Counted from the first letter of the stretch, positions 39,583 through 53,439 are shown. The stretch is DNA of 64,000 bases from Octopus sinensis (GCF_006345805.1 NC_043001.1:10602001-10666000), one strand, 5' to 3'. Notes: generated from the sequence alone by a model not told the origin. Made by a program: numbers and translations.

Positions 39583-40209
39583 GTGGCACTCCGTTGGTTG
39601 CGACGACGAGGGTTCCAGTTGATCCGATCAACAGAACAGCCTGCTCGTAAAATAAACGTGCAACTGGCTGAGCACTCCACAGACACATGTACCCATAACG
39701 TAGTTCTCAGGGAGATTAAGCGTGACGCAGAGTGTGACAAGGCTGGCCCTTTGAAATACAGGCACAACAGAAACAGGAAGAAAGAGTGAGAGGAAGTTGT
39801 GGTGAGAGTACAGCAGGGTTCGCCACCACCCGCTGCCGGAACCTCGTGGAGCTTTAGGCGTTTTCGCTCAATAAACACTCACAACGTTCGGTCGGGAATC
39901 GAAGCCGCGATCCTACAACCTATTTCTTTACTGCCCACAAGGGGATACACACAGAGAGGACAAACAAGGACAGACAAACGGGTTAAGTCGATTACATCGA
40001 CCCCAGTGAGTAACTGGTACTTAATTTATCGACCCCGAAAGGATGAAAGGCAAATTCGACCTCGGTGGAATTTGAACTCAGAACGTAGCGGCGGACGAAA
40101 TACCGCTAGGCATTTCGCCCAGCGTGCTAACGATTCTGCCAGCTCACCGACCTCCCGCGATCCTACAACCACGAGTCTGCTGCCCTAACCACTGGGCCAT
40201 TGCGCCTCC
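39583..40209 (-). mobile_element. SINE family C with a nested family B SINE (39921-40154)
   Basis: Outer TSD ACGGACAGTTGA 39571-82/40210-21; inner TSD CCGCGATCCTACAACC 39905-20/40155-70. Confidence 0.9.
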
Positions 40210-40484
40210 ACGGACAGTTGAATAGGAAAAGAAGACAAAAAGATACTGAATTGAATGAAATAAAAGAAATAGCTACGATAGAATCAGTAGCGTGCCAGGT
40301 CTTATGCTTAGCAGCATTTCGTCAGTTTTTACGTTTCGAGTTCAAATTCCGCTGAGGTCGACTTTACCTTTTTAATCCTTTCTGGACCGATCAGTTGAGC
40401 ACTGCGCTCGATGTAATCGACTTACCTTCACCCCCACACCCCCGAAAATGCTGGCCTGTGCAAAAATATGAAACCAATTTGCAA

Positions 40485-41250
40485 TCTTGCTGGAAGCACG
40501 AATTCCAACCAAACTGAAAGCATGATTATTGCAGTTTACCAAAAGAACTTTGAATTTCCATCAATAATCTTCGTACGAACAATTTTTATAACCAGTCATA
40601 ACTATAGCTTTGTCGCAGTACTGCTATGATAGTTTTATAATGGCATTTTGTTCTTTTATAACTTCATCCCAAATTACTTCCATCATGTTTTAAGCATCCT
40701 TTCGTTTTAATCAGATAAATCTAAGAAAAGAGTCTGTTACATACAGATTTTTCTTCTTAAAAACTCACTTTCCATAAAACGAACTGTTTTTCGCAATTGT
40801 TCTCGACGTGCTTTATCAAGAGAAGAATCAAAAAGGCGGCCAGAATATTTGACCTTATGAATAAATGTTATATAGCAATTTGTGGTGAACAGTAAAAGTC
40901 ATCAGCTAAATATATTCATTTTGCTCTGACAGAGAGAAATATGCCATTCTTCCACGGTTTTCCCCCACCCCTCACATTACTGAAATGTGCTTTCATGACA
41001 AACTCAAACTTTGCCAATAATTTTCGTAATCCTCCAAAATTTCGGAAATTGCTTTCCTGTTCCTGTCTATAGGATTCCTTGTCATCACGCAATGCAAGGT
41101 TTTCTGTTGGTAAACCATTATGCAATAGAGAATTCCGTGGAGAAAAACCCGCCATTGTATTTCTGATGTGAATTTCAGTTTAAACTTTTGTATCAATGAT
41201 TCTCTTATATTCCAACGTTTCTATGGCTCTTTTACCATTTTGCAAATACT
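40485..41250 (-). pseudogene. hAT (ZMYM1/DUF4371-like) transposase fossil
   Basis: ENLALRDDKE..SNFRNFGGLRKLLAKFEFVMKAH; AYFSLSEQNEYI*L; LVNCNNHAFSLVG (CxxH) in the expected order, with frameshifts and stops. Confidence 0.75.
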
Positions 41251-41457
41251 TCAAACACAATAGAAATATTTCCGTCCTTAGGGCATCTGAGAAAATTACA
41301 TTTTTTTTTATGCATTTCATCAGACTCCAAGAAACCTAGATCGTGATGTCGAATCTCTGCCAACACAGGTTGAGCCGTGATTTCGTATTTTTCGATATTT
41401 CAAAACTTCAAAAATTTCTATCACTTTTAAGGCAGACAAATTATAGTGCCGTACAAA

Positions 41458-41935
41458 GGGCTTAGCGGCATTTCGTCCGACAACCTGGCAGAAACGTTAG
41501 CACGACGGGCGAAATGCGTAGCCGTATTTCGTCTGTCGCTACGTTCTGAGTTCAAATTCCGCCGAGGTCGACTTTGCCTTTCATCCTTTCGGGATCGATT
41601 AAATAAGTACCGGTTACGCCCTGGGGTCGATATAATCGACTTAATCCGTTTTGTCTGTCCTTGTTTGTCCTCTCTGTGTTTAGCCCTTTGTGGGTAGTAA
41701 AGAAATAGGTATTTCGTCTACCGCTACGTTCTGAGTTCAAATTCCGCCGAGGTCGATTAAATAAAGTACCAGTTTCGCACTGGGGTCGATATAATCGATT
41801 TAATCCGTTTGTCTGTCTTTGTTTTTCCTCTATGTGTTTAGCCCCTTGTGGGCAGTAAAGAAATAGGTATTTCGTCCGTCTTTACTTTCCGTGTTCAAAA
41901 TTCCGCCGGAGTCGACTTCATCCTTTTGGGATAAA
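41458..41935 (+). mobile_element. SINE family B multimer
   Basis: Three units restarting at GTATTTCGTC. Confidence 0.85.
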
Positions 41936-42136
41936 TATTACTTGAACACTAAGGTTGAGGAAATCGAGTTGCCCTCTCCATCGACATGTTGCTTTGTACC
42001 AATAATTTGAAACCAATAGCTTTCTACCACTTTTAAACACACGACTGCTTTTTGAAAGGCGCTTGATTCTCTGTCTAATACACACGTAGACTAGTCTACA
42101 CTTATTTCTGACACCATTAATTTTAATGAAAGACGT

Positions 42137-42502
42137 GGAAGCACTCCGTCGGTTACGACGATGAGGGTTCCGGTTGATCCGAATCAACGGAACAGCCTGC
42201 TCGTGAAATTAACGTGTAAGTGGCTGAGCACTCCACAGACACGTGCACCCTTAACGTAGTTCTTGGGGATATTCAGCGTGACACAGAGAGTGACAAGGCC
42301 GGCCCCTTGAAATACAGGTACAACAGAAACAGGAAGTAAGAGTGAGAGAAAGTTGTGGTGAAAGAGTACAGCAGGGATCACCACCATCCCCTGCCGGAGC
42401 CTCGTGGAGCTTTTAGGTGTTTTCGCTCAATAAACACTCACAACGTTAGGTCTGGGAATCGAAACCGCGATCCTATGACCGCGAGTCCGCTGCCCTAACC
42501 AC
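42137..42502 (-). mobile_element. SINE family C
   Basis: Homologous to 39583-40209 without the insert. Confidence 0.85.
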
Positions 42503-42628
42503 TTCGAGAAATGACGTTAGAAAACTTGATACCATTTAGCTTCTGATTCTTGCATTTTCTGTGTCTTCCTGCCCGTTGGTGGGTCAATTTTTCTAAAGTC
42601 ACACACAAACTCATGTATGCATACATCC

Positions 42629-42772
<144 letters not shown>

Positions 42773-42799
42773 TATATATATTATATATATATATATAAA

Positions 42800-42829
<30 letters not shown>

Positions 42830-42844
<15 letters not shown>

Positions 42845-43645
42845 TGGACATGGGCGATCGTTGTATTCTTTCTTGTCTTGAGGTTCACAGCCAAACGGCT
42901 GGGTGGATTCAAGTGAAAAATGGCACACATGTGGAGACAGATGCATAGATTGGAATGCAGTTTGTACTTTTTTCCTAACCCCCATACTTACCGAGAAAAT
43001 CGATTAAAATTTTTTTCTAAAGGAATTCTCCTCTTTCTTCAGCCATTAAAACAAACAGTTGCTTATAAGCTGTTTTCTGAGAGGGTGGGATCAGGAAATT
43101 TTCATACAGCTGGGGGCTCCAATCGAAACAGGGGACCCGAAATGATAAAGTTGACAAACGCTGTTATGGATTATGCCTAACCGAAAACGATCACAGACAC
43201 ATCATCTAAATAGACCAGATAAATCGGGCTTAGCTGCTAGTATATATATATATATATATATATATACTAGCAGTATCGCCCGGCGTTGCTCAGGTTTGTA
43301 AGGGAAATAACTATAAAGCATTTTTAGAGAGTTATAGCCCAAAAATAGCAAAAAAATGGAAAAAAAATGATGGTAAATTTTTTTTGAGAGTTAAAAAAGG
43401 TGGAGTTGCGTCCCCTAGACGGTCTGTGGTTTGGGTTTCTGATTCTCGACCCCATGTCGAATTTATCGATTTTTTTCAGAACTGGGGGAACTTTTCAAAA
43501 TTTTCGCTGCGTTAGTTTTGAATTATGACATTGGGCTATGTGTGTGTCAAGTATCATCAGAATCTGTTGAAAGCCGTGGTCAGGGTGAGGGTACGAGAAA
43601 ACAGACACACAGAAAACGCACAGACAAACTGCCGTTTATATAGAT
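42830..43645. mobile_element. Two non-autonomous Helitrons tail-to-tail in a (TA)n tract
   Basis: Plus copy ends GCTGCTAG at 43240; minus copy ends CTAG at 43267. Confidence 0.8.
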
Positions 43646-44817
43646 ATATATATATATATATATCTGACAAACATTCACACGAGGTCTTATCAATAAGTAT
43701 CCGGGCTGTTACCAGACTGCAGGTAATCGATATTGATATTGATACCGATATTTTATCACACCATAAACAACCTAACGAGATACTCAACGTGTTTCTATTT
43801 TCTGCTAGAAGTAATGCATTTGATAACCGATCGACCCCAGTACTTGACTGGTTCTTTATTTTATCGATCCCAAAAGGATGAAAAGTAAAGTTGACCTTGG
43901 TGGGATTTGAACTTTAAACGTAAAAAGCCGGAAGAAATTCTACTTACAAGCGAAAACACCTAAAGCTCCATGAATCTCCGGCAGCGGGTGGTGGCGAACC
44001 CTGCTGTACTCTTTCACCACAACTTTTTCTCACGCTTTCTTCCTGTTTCTGTTCTACATGTATTTCAAAGAGCCTGCTTTGTCACTCTCTGTGTCACGCT
44101 GAATTCCCCGAGAACTACGTTAAGGGTACAGATTTCTATTTTGGCTCAAATATACCCCCAACGTTTTTCAGTTACCCAAAGTCTGTTCATGTTACACCAC
44201 TATTTCATGCAGCACCCATATATTTTGTTCCAGCCCAGTGACCAAAGAGCGCAGTCACTGAATAATTTTTACTGATTATCTATTAGAAAGCCAAGTTTTC
44301 CATCAGTCTAGAGTTAGCTTGTTTGGTATCCAGTTCTGAAGAGCATAAATGCTTGAAATGCATCTGTCAGAAACAAAGGGAAGCACTTTAAACCGACTTC
44401 TGTGTTTTTAAAACCTTTCGCCAAAAGCAAAAATTTTTCTTCGACAAATCCCAACGAAAATGGATTTTTTTACAGGTAAAAAAAATCTCTCACACATCTT
44501 CGAGCTGAGCTAAAGTGTATTTTCTAGAATTGATTCGCGTATCACTCAATCACACACACACACACACACACACACCACACACACACAAACACACACACAC
44601 ATACATTCACACACACATACACACGCACCCCCACACTATCACACGCACACTCACACACACATACACACACACACGCACAGTCACACACACATACATACAC
44701 ATACACACACACACACATAATTAAGAGCGCCAGAAGAAGTATTAATACCAAAAGATAATATTTATACCCTCTTAAAAGTGGATGCCGTGTTAGGACACAA
44801 AATATTGCGTTACTCAC

Positions 44818-44909
44818 CGTGAGAGAACCTCTAGTATGGACTTGTGGTGCATATAAGCACTCGTGTTTATATCGCTAGCGATATTCATGGAAATAGTGAG
44901 TATTCCCAT
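44818..44909 (-). CDS. Candidate alternative first coding exon (MGILTISMNIASDINTSAYMHHKSILEVLS, phase 2)
   Basis: Open ATG frame ending at the consensus donor CG|GTGAGTA; no recognisable homology. Confidence 0.3.
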
Positions 44910-45004
44910 GGATATAAAATATCTACAAAGACTCTTCTTTGTCGAGATTTCAAATTTTCATTCACTGGAGAAGCTTCAAAAGAAAATCTTACGCGTAAAA
45001 CAAA

Positions 45005-45407
45005 CTAGTAGTATAGCCCGGCGTTGTTCGGGTTTGTTTCGACCCTTTAGAATTGAAATTTTTGAAAAGTAAAAATTTTGCATTATGTAGCTTGTTATAC
45101 TCTTTATGTGAACATTTTTCTGGTTGAAATACACCGAAATATGGCGAAAAATAGTAAAATAGCAGTCAAAAAATAGTAAAAAATAGGGATTTTCATAGAA
45201 AAAAAAGCACCTTTTTGATGTAAATAATTTTTGGTCTTAACATGGTCCGATTTGAATTTTATCTTCAACGCAATGAAGAGCAAGCCTTCTTCTATCAAAC
45301 TCTTAATTTTGGTCAACTTACGCTGCAGGGTCTCAGAGGAGATAGTGTTAGTTGAAGGCTACCAAACCTGCCATACACAGGCAACTTCAGCTTTATATAT
45401 AGAGAGA
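45005..45407 (-). mobile_element. Non-autonomous Helitron
   Basis: TCTCTCTATATATAAAGCTGAAG... to CCCGAACAACGCCGGG..CTAG; same family as 49568-49959. Confidence 0.8.
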
Positions 45408-45507
45408 TAAATATTCTAATAAAAGAATAGATTATAACACCATAGGCAAATACAAGAGCAAATTTATCCACCCAAGCATAACAGATGCAACACCCAGTAA
45501 AAAAAGT

Positions 45508-46024
45508 GTAACAAGGGTTATCATTCGTCACGTGGGTGAATGAAAGTAATGAAATACTGCTTGTTGAGTCACGATATGTTCTGGTTCCGTATAAATGATT
45601 CACAGCACTCGTGTATAATAACTTCATTCACGGTACGAAATTCCATGTTGGTCCTGAATTTAAAAACCAATTAAGTTTATAAATTGTGGTTATTACAAAA
45701 TAATCGTTTAAGCAGGCTCTGTGAATTACACTGTCACAACAGGAGAAAATATCACGCCGGATTCATGGATGCAAAACTGTAACTGCCGACATCTCGGTTG
45801 AATGAGAAGCCGTAAGAATGATTGTTAAATGCAGCAAAGTGAGAATCTGGCTTGCATGGCGGCGATTCTCTGCACCCTGAAATTTGGCACCCGAAGCATT
45901 CCTCTTTATAAGCCTCGTTAGAAAACGTTCAAGAAAATGCTAGAAAGTTGCATCACATCCTAATTGGCCAGCTAACCGGCCGATCGCATGAAACGGTTTT
46001 TACTTCGGTTTCGAATCTGCTACA
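45508..46024 (-). mobile_element. Probable second solo LTR (~520 bp)
   Basis: Minus TGTAGCAGATTCG...CCCTTGTTACA; GCCAAT then TATAAAG; 5' end resembles the 26153-27472 LTR; no TSD found. Confidence 0.45.
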
Positions 46025-46033
46025 ACGTAGACC

Positions 46034-46445
46034 TATTTCATTACTACCTACAAGGACTAAACACAGAGGGAACAAACAAGGACTGACAAACGGATTAAGT
46101 CGATTCTATCGACCCCAGCGCGTAACTAGTCCTTAATTTATCGACCCCGAAAGGATGGAAGGCAAAGTCGACCTCGGCGGAATTTGAACTCAGAACGTAC
46201 GGCAGACGAAACACCTATTTCTTTACTACCCACAAGGGGCTAAACACAGAGAGGACAAACAAGGACAGACAAACGGATTAAGTCGATTATATCGATCACA
46301 GTGCGTAACTGGTACTTATTTAATCGACCCCGAAAGGATGGAAAGCAAAGTCGACCTCGGCAGAATTTGAACTCAGAACGTAGCGGCAGACGAAATACCG
46401 CTAAGTATTTCGTCCGGCGTGCTAACGATTCTGCCAGCTCACCAC
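46034..46445 (-). mobile_element. SINE family B dimer
   Basis: TSD TGCTACAACRTAGACC at 46018-33 and 46449-64. Confidence 0.85.
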
Positions 46446-46625
46446 CTATGCTACAACATAGACCATACAAATTACATACTACAATAACAAAATGTATTCC
46501 GGTTACAGAATCGTCGAATGTCTCATTAAAAATTTCATGAAATAGAATACAGCATAAATTACACCTAACTATAAAAACTCTCCGTTAGACACAAAACAAA
46601 CAAAACTACAAACCACAAAACGTAC

Positions 46626-46990
46626 TTCAGACAACAATTTGCCGATACGGACATATTTTGCGGGCTTTTGAAGTCTTTGATTGCTAATTTTTTTTCTGTC
46701 AAAGAGCTGAAGTGTATACACTTTCTGAAAAAGATTTTCAGTAGAACTCAAACTAACTCAAGTCGGGTCGTTCTTTCTTTTCTTGTTCACAAAGAAACAC
46801 ATAAAGCAGCTGTTAACATTTATCGGTCTGTGTTTACAATTCTACGTTAATAACGAAATATGTAAAAAAAAAAAGGAAAGGAAAAAAAAAAGCTATAAAA
46901 TGCTTTAACTCGAACGCAGTTATGTTCGAAAGAAAAGTTGCTCCATTTTGATACGCGCACACACGCATGCGCAGACAGTCCGCCACTTTT
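46626..46990 (-). promoter_or_regulatory. Candidate promoter and first exon (MSVSANCCL, phase 2)
   Basis: NRF1-like TGCGCATGCG 46964-73, YY1-like CCATTTTG 46943-50, aaaatATG at 46654, donor AA|GTACGT. Confidence 0.45.
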
Positions 46991-47033
46991 TCTCTTTCTC
47001 GCTTTCCCACGCAGAAACACGTATATTGTAAAA

Positions 47034-47752
47034 CTAGCAGTATCGCCCGGCGTTGCTCGGGTTTGTAAGGGAAATAACTATATAAGCATTTTTAGAGATG
47101 TAAAGTATAATAGCCATCTTAATATGGCTAACCACAAAGAGGGGGTGTTACTGTAACTTTTTACGTTCTGAGATTTAATAATAAACTTTTAGAGAGTTAC
47201 TTCCCTTATATATGCCAAAAATGCATTAAAAATGGCAAAAATTGATGGTAAATATTTTTTTAAAATTGTAGACTCATCGTAGACGCGCGCTAATACCCAG
47301 AAGTGCTCGATATGAATCACCCGGTTTTGGTCAAACTGCACCGCAAAATGTGGGAGTAGTTAGGAATCTAAATCGGAGGAGACAGACACACAACTTCACT
47401 TTTATATATAAAGATATACCTTACTAGCACTATGACCCGGGTCATAGTGCTAGTGCATGCATATAGAGCTGCGTGCGTGCGCACATACTCGCGAATACTG
47501 TCCAAATCTCCGACCAATCACATACAGCTAGCTGGCATTCAATTGGCGTATCAAGTTTCAGGCATTTTCATTGGGTTTTGGATAGAAAATTCACAAAAAA
47601 GTCACTTCTATTGATTTTTTTAATGGCTTTGCGGGGTGACTGGGGAAATGTAAAGATGTGCACGACCACCCTGGACGGTTTTGAATGACCATAGAAAGTG
47701 CGAGCCCTCTAACTGAAAAATTGTGGATTTGTATAAAGGACACGCACACACA

Positions 47753-47783
<31 letters not shown>

Positions 47784-49104
47784 TCACATACACACACATA
47801 CACACAAATACATACACATATACGACTGGACTCTATCAGTTTCCGTCTACCAAATCACAAGCCTTTGGTCGGCCCGAGGCTATAGTAGAAGACACTTACC
47901 GAAGGTGCTACGCAGTGGGACTGAACCCGGAACCATGTGGTTGGGAAGCAAGCTACTTACCACACAGCCACTCCTGCGCTTGTTGCTCAAAACTGTACAG
48001 AGGCTGCTGAGATAACAACAAACAAGGTGTATTAATTTGACGCTCAGGGAAAACGGAGAAGTCTTTGACGTTTCGAGCCTACGTTCAACAGTTGTTTCTG
48101 TGCACTAGCCTCAACTGTGAATTGCTGATTGTTTCACATATTATGCATATTGTATAAATATTATATGAATATGATCCAGCAATAGCTGTGTACTTGCTCG
48201 TCATCAGGTGAATGACTCTGAGAATACTGCTGGATCACGTTTAGTGTCCCGTTAGTTTATACCTATATTCAATTTTTAGAATTCTCTTGACAAAGAGCAA
48301 TTCGTAGTTTCAAAGAGATGCAAGTGATAAAAAAAAATACCAAATAAATTAATGAAAATAAAAATCATAAATATGAATTACTAGCAGTATCGCCCGGCGT
48401 TGCTCGGGTTTGTAAGGGAAATAACTATATAAGCATTTTTAGAGATGTAAAGTATAATAGCCATCTTAATATGGCTAACCACAAAGGTGTGTGTTACTGT
48501 AGCTTTTTACGTTCTGAGATTTAATAATAATTTTTTAGAGAGTTACTTCCCTTATATATGCCAAAAATGCATTAAAAATGGCAAAAATTGATGGTAATTT
48601 TTTTTTTAATCGTAGACTCATCGTAGACGCGCGCTAATACCCAGAAGGGCTCGATATGAATCACAACTATAAGATACCCGGTTTTGGTTAAACTGCACCG
48701 CAAAATGTGGGAGTAGTTAGGAATCTAAATCGTAGGAGACAGACACAACTTCACTTTTATATATAAAGATATACCTTACTAGCACTATGACTCGGGTCAT
48801 AGTGCTACTGCATGCATATAGAGCTGCGTGCGTGCGCACATACTCGCGAATACTGTCCAAATCTCCGACCAATCACATACAGCTAGCTGGCATTCAATTG
48901 GCGTATCAAGTTTCAGGCATTTTCATTGGGTTTTGGATAGAAAATTCACAAAAAAGTCACTTCTATTGATTTTTTTTAATGGCTTTGCGGGGTGACTGGG
49001 GAAATGTAAAGATGTGCACGACCACCCTTGGACGGTTTTGAATGACCATAGAAAGTGCGAGCCCTCTAACTGAAAAATTGTGGATTTGTATAAAGGACAC
49101 GCAC

Positions 49105-49179
<75 letters not shown>

Positions 49180-50181
49180 CACATACACACACATACACAC
49201 AAATACATACACATATACGACTGGACTCTATCAGTTTCCGTCTACCAAATCACAAGCCTTTGGTCGGCCCGAGGCTATAGTAGAAGACACTTACCGAAGG
49301 TGCTACGCAGTGGGACTGAACCCGGAACCATGTGGTTGGGAAGCAAGCTACTTACCACACAGCCACTCCCGCGCCTGTAGCTCAAAACTGTATAGAAGCC
49401 AAAAGCAAAAGATTGCTGAGATAACAACAAACAAGGTGTATTAATTTGACGCTCAGGGAAAACGGAAATGTCTTTGACGTTTCGAGCCTACGTTCAACAT
49501 TTGTTTCTGTGCACTAGCACCAACTGTGAATTGCTGATTGTTTCACATATTATGTATATTGTATATATCTCTCTATATATAAAGCTGAAGTTGTCTGTGT
49601 ATGGCTGGTTTGGTAGGCTTCAACTAACACTATCTCCTCCGAGACCCTGCGGCACAAGTTGACCAAAATTAAGAGTATGTTAGAAGAAGGCTTGCTCTTC
49701 CTTCCGTTGAAGAAAAAATTCAAATCGGACCATGTTAACACCAAAAATTATTTACATCAAAAAGGTGCTTTTTTTCTATGAAAATCCCTAATTTTTACGA
49801 GTTTTTGACTGCTGTGTCGCCATTTTTCGGTGTATTTTAACCAGAAAAATGTTCATTTAAAGAGAATAACAAGCTACATAATGCAAAATATTTACTTTTC
49901 AAAAATTCCAATTCTAAAAGGTCAAAACAAACCCGAGCAACGCCAGGTGATAGTGCTAGTATTATATGAATATGATCCAGCAATAGCTGTTTATTTGCTC
50001 GTCATCAGGTGACTGACTCTGAGAGTATCACTGGATCATGCATAGTGTCCCGTTAGTTTATACCTATATTCAATTTTTAGAATTCCCTTGACGAAAAGGC
50101 AATTCGTAGATTCAAAGAGATACAAGTGATAAAAAAAAATACAAAAAAATTAATGAAAATAAAAATCATAAATATGAATTA
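47034..50181. repeat. ~1.35-kb tandem duplication (47034-48380; 48381-50181) of Helitron plus SINE plus flank
   Basis: Both copies start CTAGCAGTATCGCCCGGCG and end ATATGAATTA; copy 2 has an extra Helitron. Confidence 0.9.
49568..49959 (+). mobile_element. Non-autonomous Helitron present only in duplicate copy 2
   Basis: TC...hairpin...CTAG between A and T; empty site at ~48157. Confidence 0.85.
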
Positions 50182-50651
50182 TATAATAAACAGACCAAAA
50201 TTTATAGTCAACGAAAAAAATTCATAAGTATGAAATATAAATTAACAAAACCCCTTATTCAGTCCGTTGTTTAGCATAGCCATGACTCGCTCTTCAGGAA
50301 GATAGATGAACACCTCAGATAATAATGTTGCAAATATATAAAGTAGAAGAATTCTTTATCTCTTTCGTCTACAAGCGTTCTACTTCAAAGCAACTCATTT
50401 GCGCGTGGTCAGCTTATTGCCCCAGCAGGTTAATAACGTGTCTGTCATTACGATCAAATCTGTCTGCTCGTAAACTTAATTTTAGTTGTCCTTGGATCTC
50501 ATCACAGTCGCTTTACCTGTCATTAATGGACGTTATCAGACAAAGAATTTACTTGTCTAAACTCTTACACATACATATAGGTATATATGTTCATTTAAAT
50601 TGTGTATACAAACATATATATAAATAATATATATATATATATATGCTGTTA

Positions 50652-51168
50652 GGCGCGAGAGTGGCTGTGTGGTAAGTAGCTTGCTTACCAACGACATGGT
50701 TCCGGGTTCATTCCCACTGCGTGGCACCTTGGGCAAGTGTCTTCTACTATAGCCTCGGGCCGACCAAAGCCTTCTGAGTGGATTTGGTGGACGGAAACTA
50801 AAAGAAGCCTGTCGATATATGTATGTATGTATATATATATTATATATATAATATATATATATATTATATATATATAATATATTATATATATATAGTTAAT
50901 CCAAACAAGAAAACACAGAAAAAAAACAAACCAACGCGAGGACGTGTGTATATGTTTGTGTGTCTGTGTTTGTCCAACGTCGCTTGATAACCGATGCTAG
51001 TGTGTTTACGTCCCCGTAACTTAGCGGCTCGGCAAAAAGAGACCGACCAATAGAATAAGTACTAGGCTTCCAAAGAATAAGTCTTGAGATCGATTTGCTC
51101 GTCTAAAAGGCGGTGCTCCAGCATGGCCACAGTCAAATGACTGAAACAAGTAAAGGAGTAAAAGAGTA
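50652..51168 (+). mobile_element. SINE family A
   Basis: Head and tail intact, internal (TA)n. Confidence 0.85.
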
Positions 51169-51258
51169 TGTGTGTGTGAGAGAGAAAGGTTGAGTTCAGT
51201 TACATCCTCTTACTTGGGGGGGGGGGGGCAAAGTTAGATTCCTAATAAATGATTGGCC

Positions 51259-52160
51259 ATACATACATACATACACACATACATACATACATACACACAT
51301 ACATGCATACATACATACATACATGCATACATACATACATACATACATACATACATACATACATACATACATACATGCATACATACATACATGCATGCAT
51401 ACATACATATATGCATACATACATACATACATACATGCATACATACATACATGCATACATACATACATGCATACATACATACATACATGCATACATACAT
51501 AAATACATACATACATGCATACATACATACACACACACGCATACATACATACATACATACATACATACATACATACATAAATACATACATACATAAATAC
51601 ATACATACATACGTGCATGCATACATACATACATACATGCATACATACATACATACATACATACATACATACATACATACATACATGCATACATACATAC
51701 ATACATACATCCATACATACATACATACATATATACATACATACATACATAAATACATACATACATACATACATACATACATACATACATACATGCATAC
51801 ATACATAAATACATACATACATACATACACACATACATACATACATACATACATACATGCATGCATACATACATACATACATACATACATAAATACATAA
51901 ATACATACATACAACATACATACATACATACACACATACATACATACACACATACATACATACATACACACATACATGCATACATACATACATGCATACA
52001 TACATACATACATAAATACATACATACATACATACATACATACATACATACATGCATACATACATACATACATACATACGTGCATACATACATACATACA
52101 TACATACATACATACATACATACATACATACATACATACATACATACATACACACATTCA
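51259..52160. repeat. (TACA)n tetranucleotide array
   Basis: Direct inspection. Confidence 0.95.
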
Positions 52161-52618
52161 TAGCTATTCTTTCACTTCACACTTCTGCACACATATCTAT
52201 ATTCCATCCCATTTTTGCTCTCATGATTGTGCATCTCTCAACGTAACTCCAATAAATATCTACTTGGGACCATCGTGCAAATTTCCTCCCTATCTCTATT
52301 CATTCTAGTAATGATAACGAAACATTATGATGGCATTTTTGAATAAATAACGGATTGCTATAACTAAATGATCATAAATACACACAAATTATTATGGATA
52401 TCACATAACTCAGACAAATAACAACATAATGATGCCAATAAAAGTAATAACCAAATTATTAGTACGTTTTTTTTTAGTGAATAAAGGATTGATATAGCAT
52501 TAGATATTACATATTCTTTCTAAATTCCTGAAATTAGCTTTTAAATCTGTAGTTACATGCTAAAATAATCTCTAAGTGTTTGTTGACATTTTCATTACAT
52601 AATATTATCTCAAGTGTA

Positions 52619-53212
52619 AGGCGGCGAGCTGGCAGAAACGTTAGCGCGCCGGACGAAATGTTGAGCGGTATTTCGTCTGCCGCTACGTTCTGAGTTCAAA
52701 TTCCGCCGAGGTCGACTTTGCCTTTCATCCTTTCGGGGTCGATTAAATAAGTACCAGTTACGCACTGGGGTCGATATAATCAACTTAATCCGTTTGTCTG
52801 TCCTTGTTTGTCCCCTCTGTGTTTAGCCCAGGTATTTCGTCTGTTGTTACATTCTGAGTTCAATTTCCGCCGAGGTCGACTTTGCCTTTCATCCTTTCAG
52901 GGTCGATAAATTAAGTACCAGTTACGCACTGAGGTCGATATAATCGACTTAATCCGTTTGTCTGTCCTTGTTTGTCCCCTCTGTGTTTAGCCCAGGTATT
53001 TCGTCTGTTGTTACATTCTGAGTTCAAATTCCGCGAGGTCGACTTTACCTTTCATCCTTTCGGGGTCGATTAAATAAGTACCAGTTACTCACTGGGGTCG
53101 ATATAATCGACTTAATCCGTTTGTCTGTCCTTGTTTGTCCCTTCTGTGTTTAGCTCCTTGTGGGTTGTAAAGAAATAGATATTTCGTCTGTCGCTACGTT
53201 CTGAGCTCAAAT
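52619..53212 (+). mobile_element. SINE family B multimer (3 units plus a partial 4th)
   Basis: Single head; units restart at GRTATTTCGTCTG. Confidence 0.9.
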
Positions 53213-53439
53213 GTGGGAGTTCAACCACCGAACTCCCACATTACAAATGCAATCTGTCAGCGGAACAGTAAAGATATGCGAGACTTTCTCAAGATTAAAG
53301 TGTGACGTTGCTTTTGTTGTCTACATTCCGATGATGGAACTTTGTACCTTTGTTAGAAACCATTTAATTCCTGAGAGGAAGAATTTAAATATTTAAAAAC
53401 AAAAGAGAAGATACATACACATGCACATACATACATACA

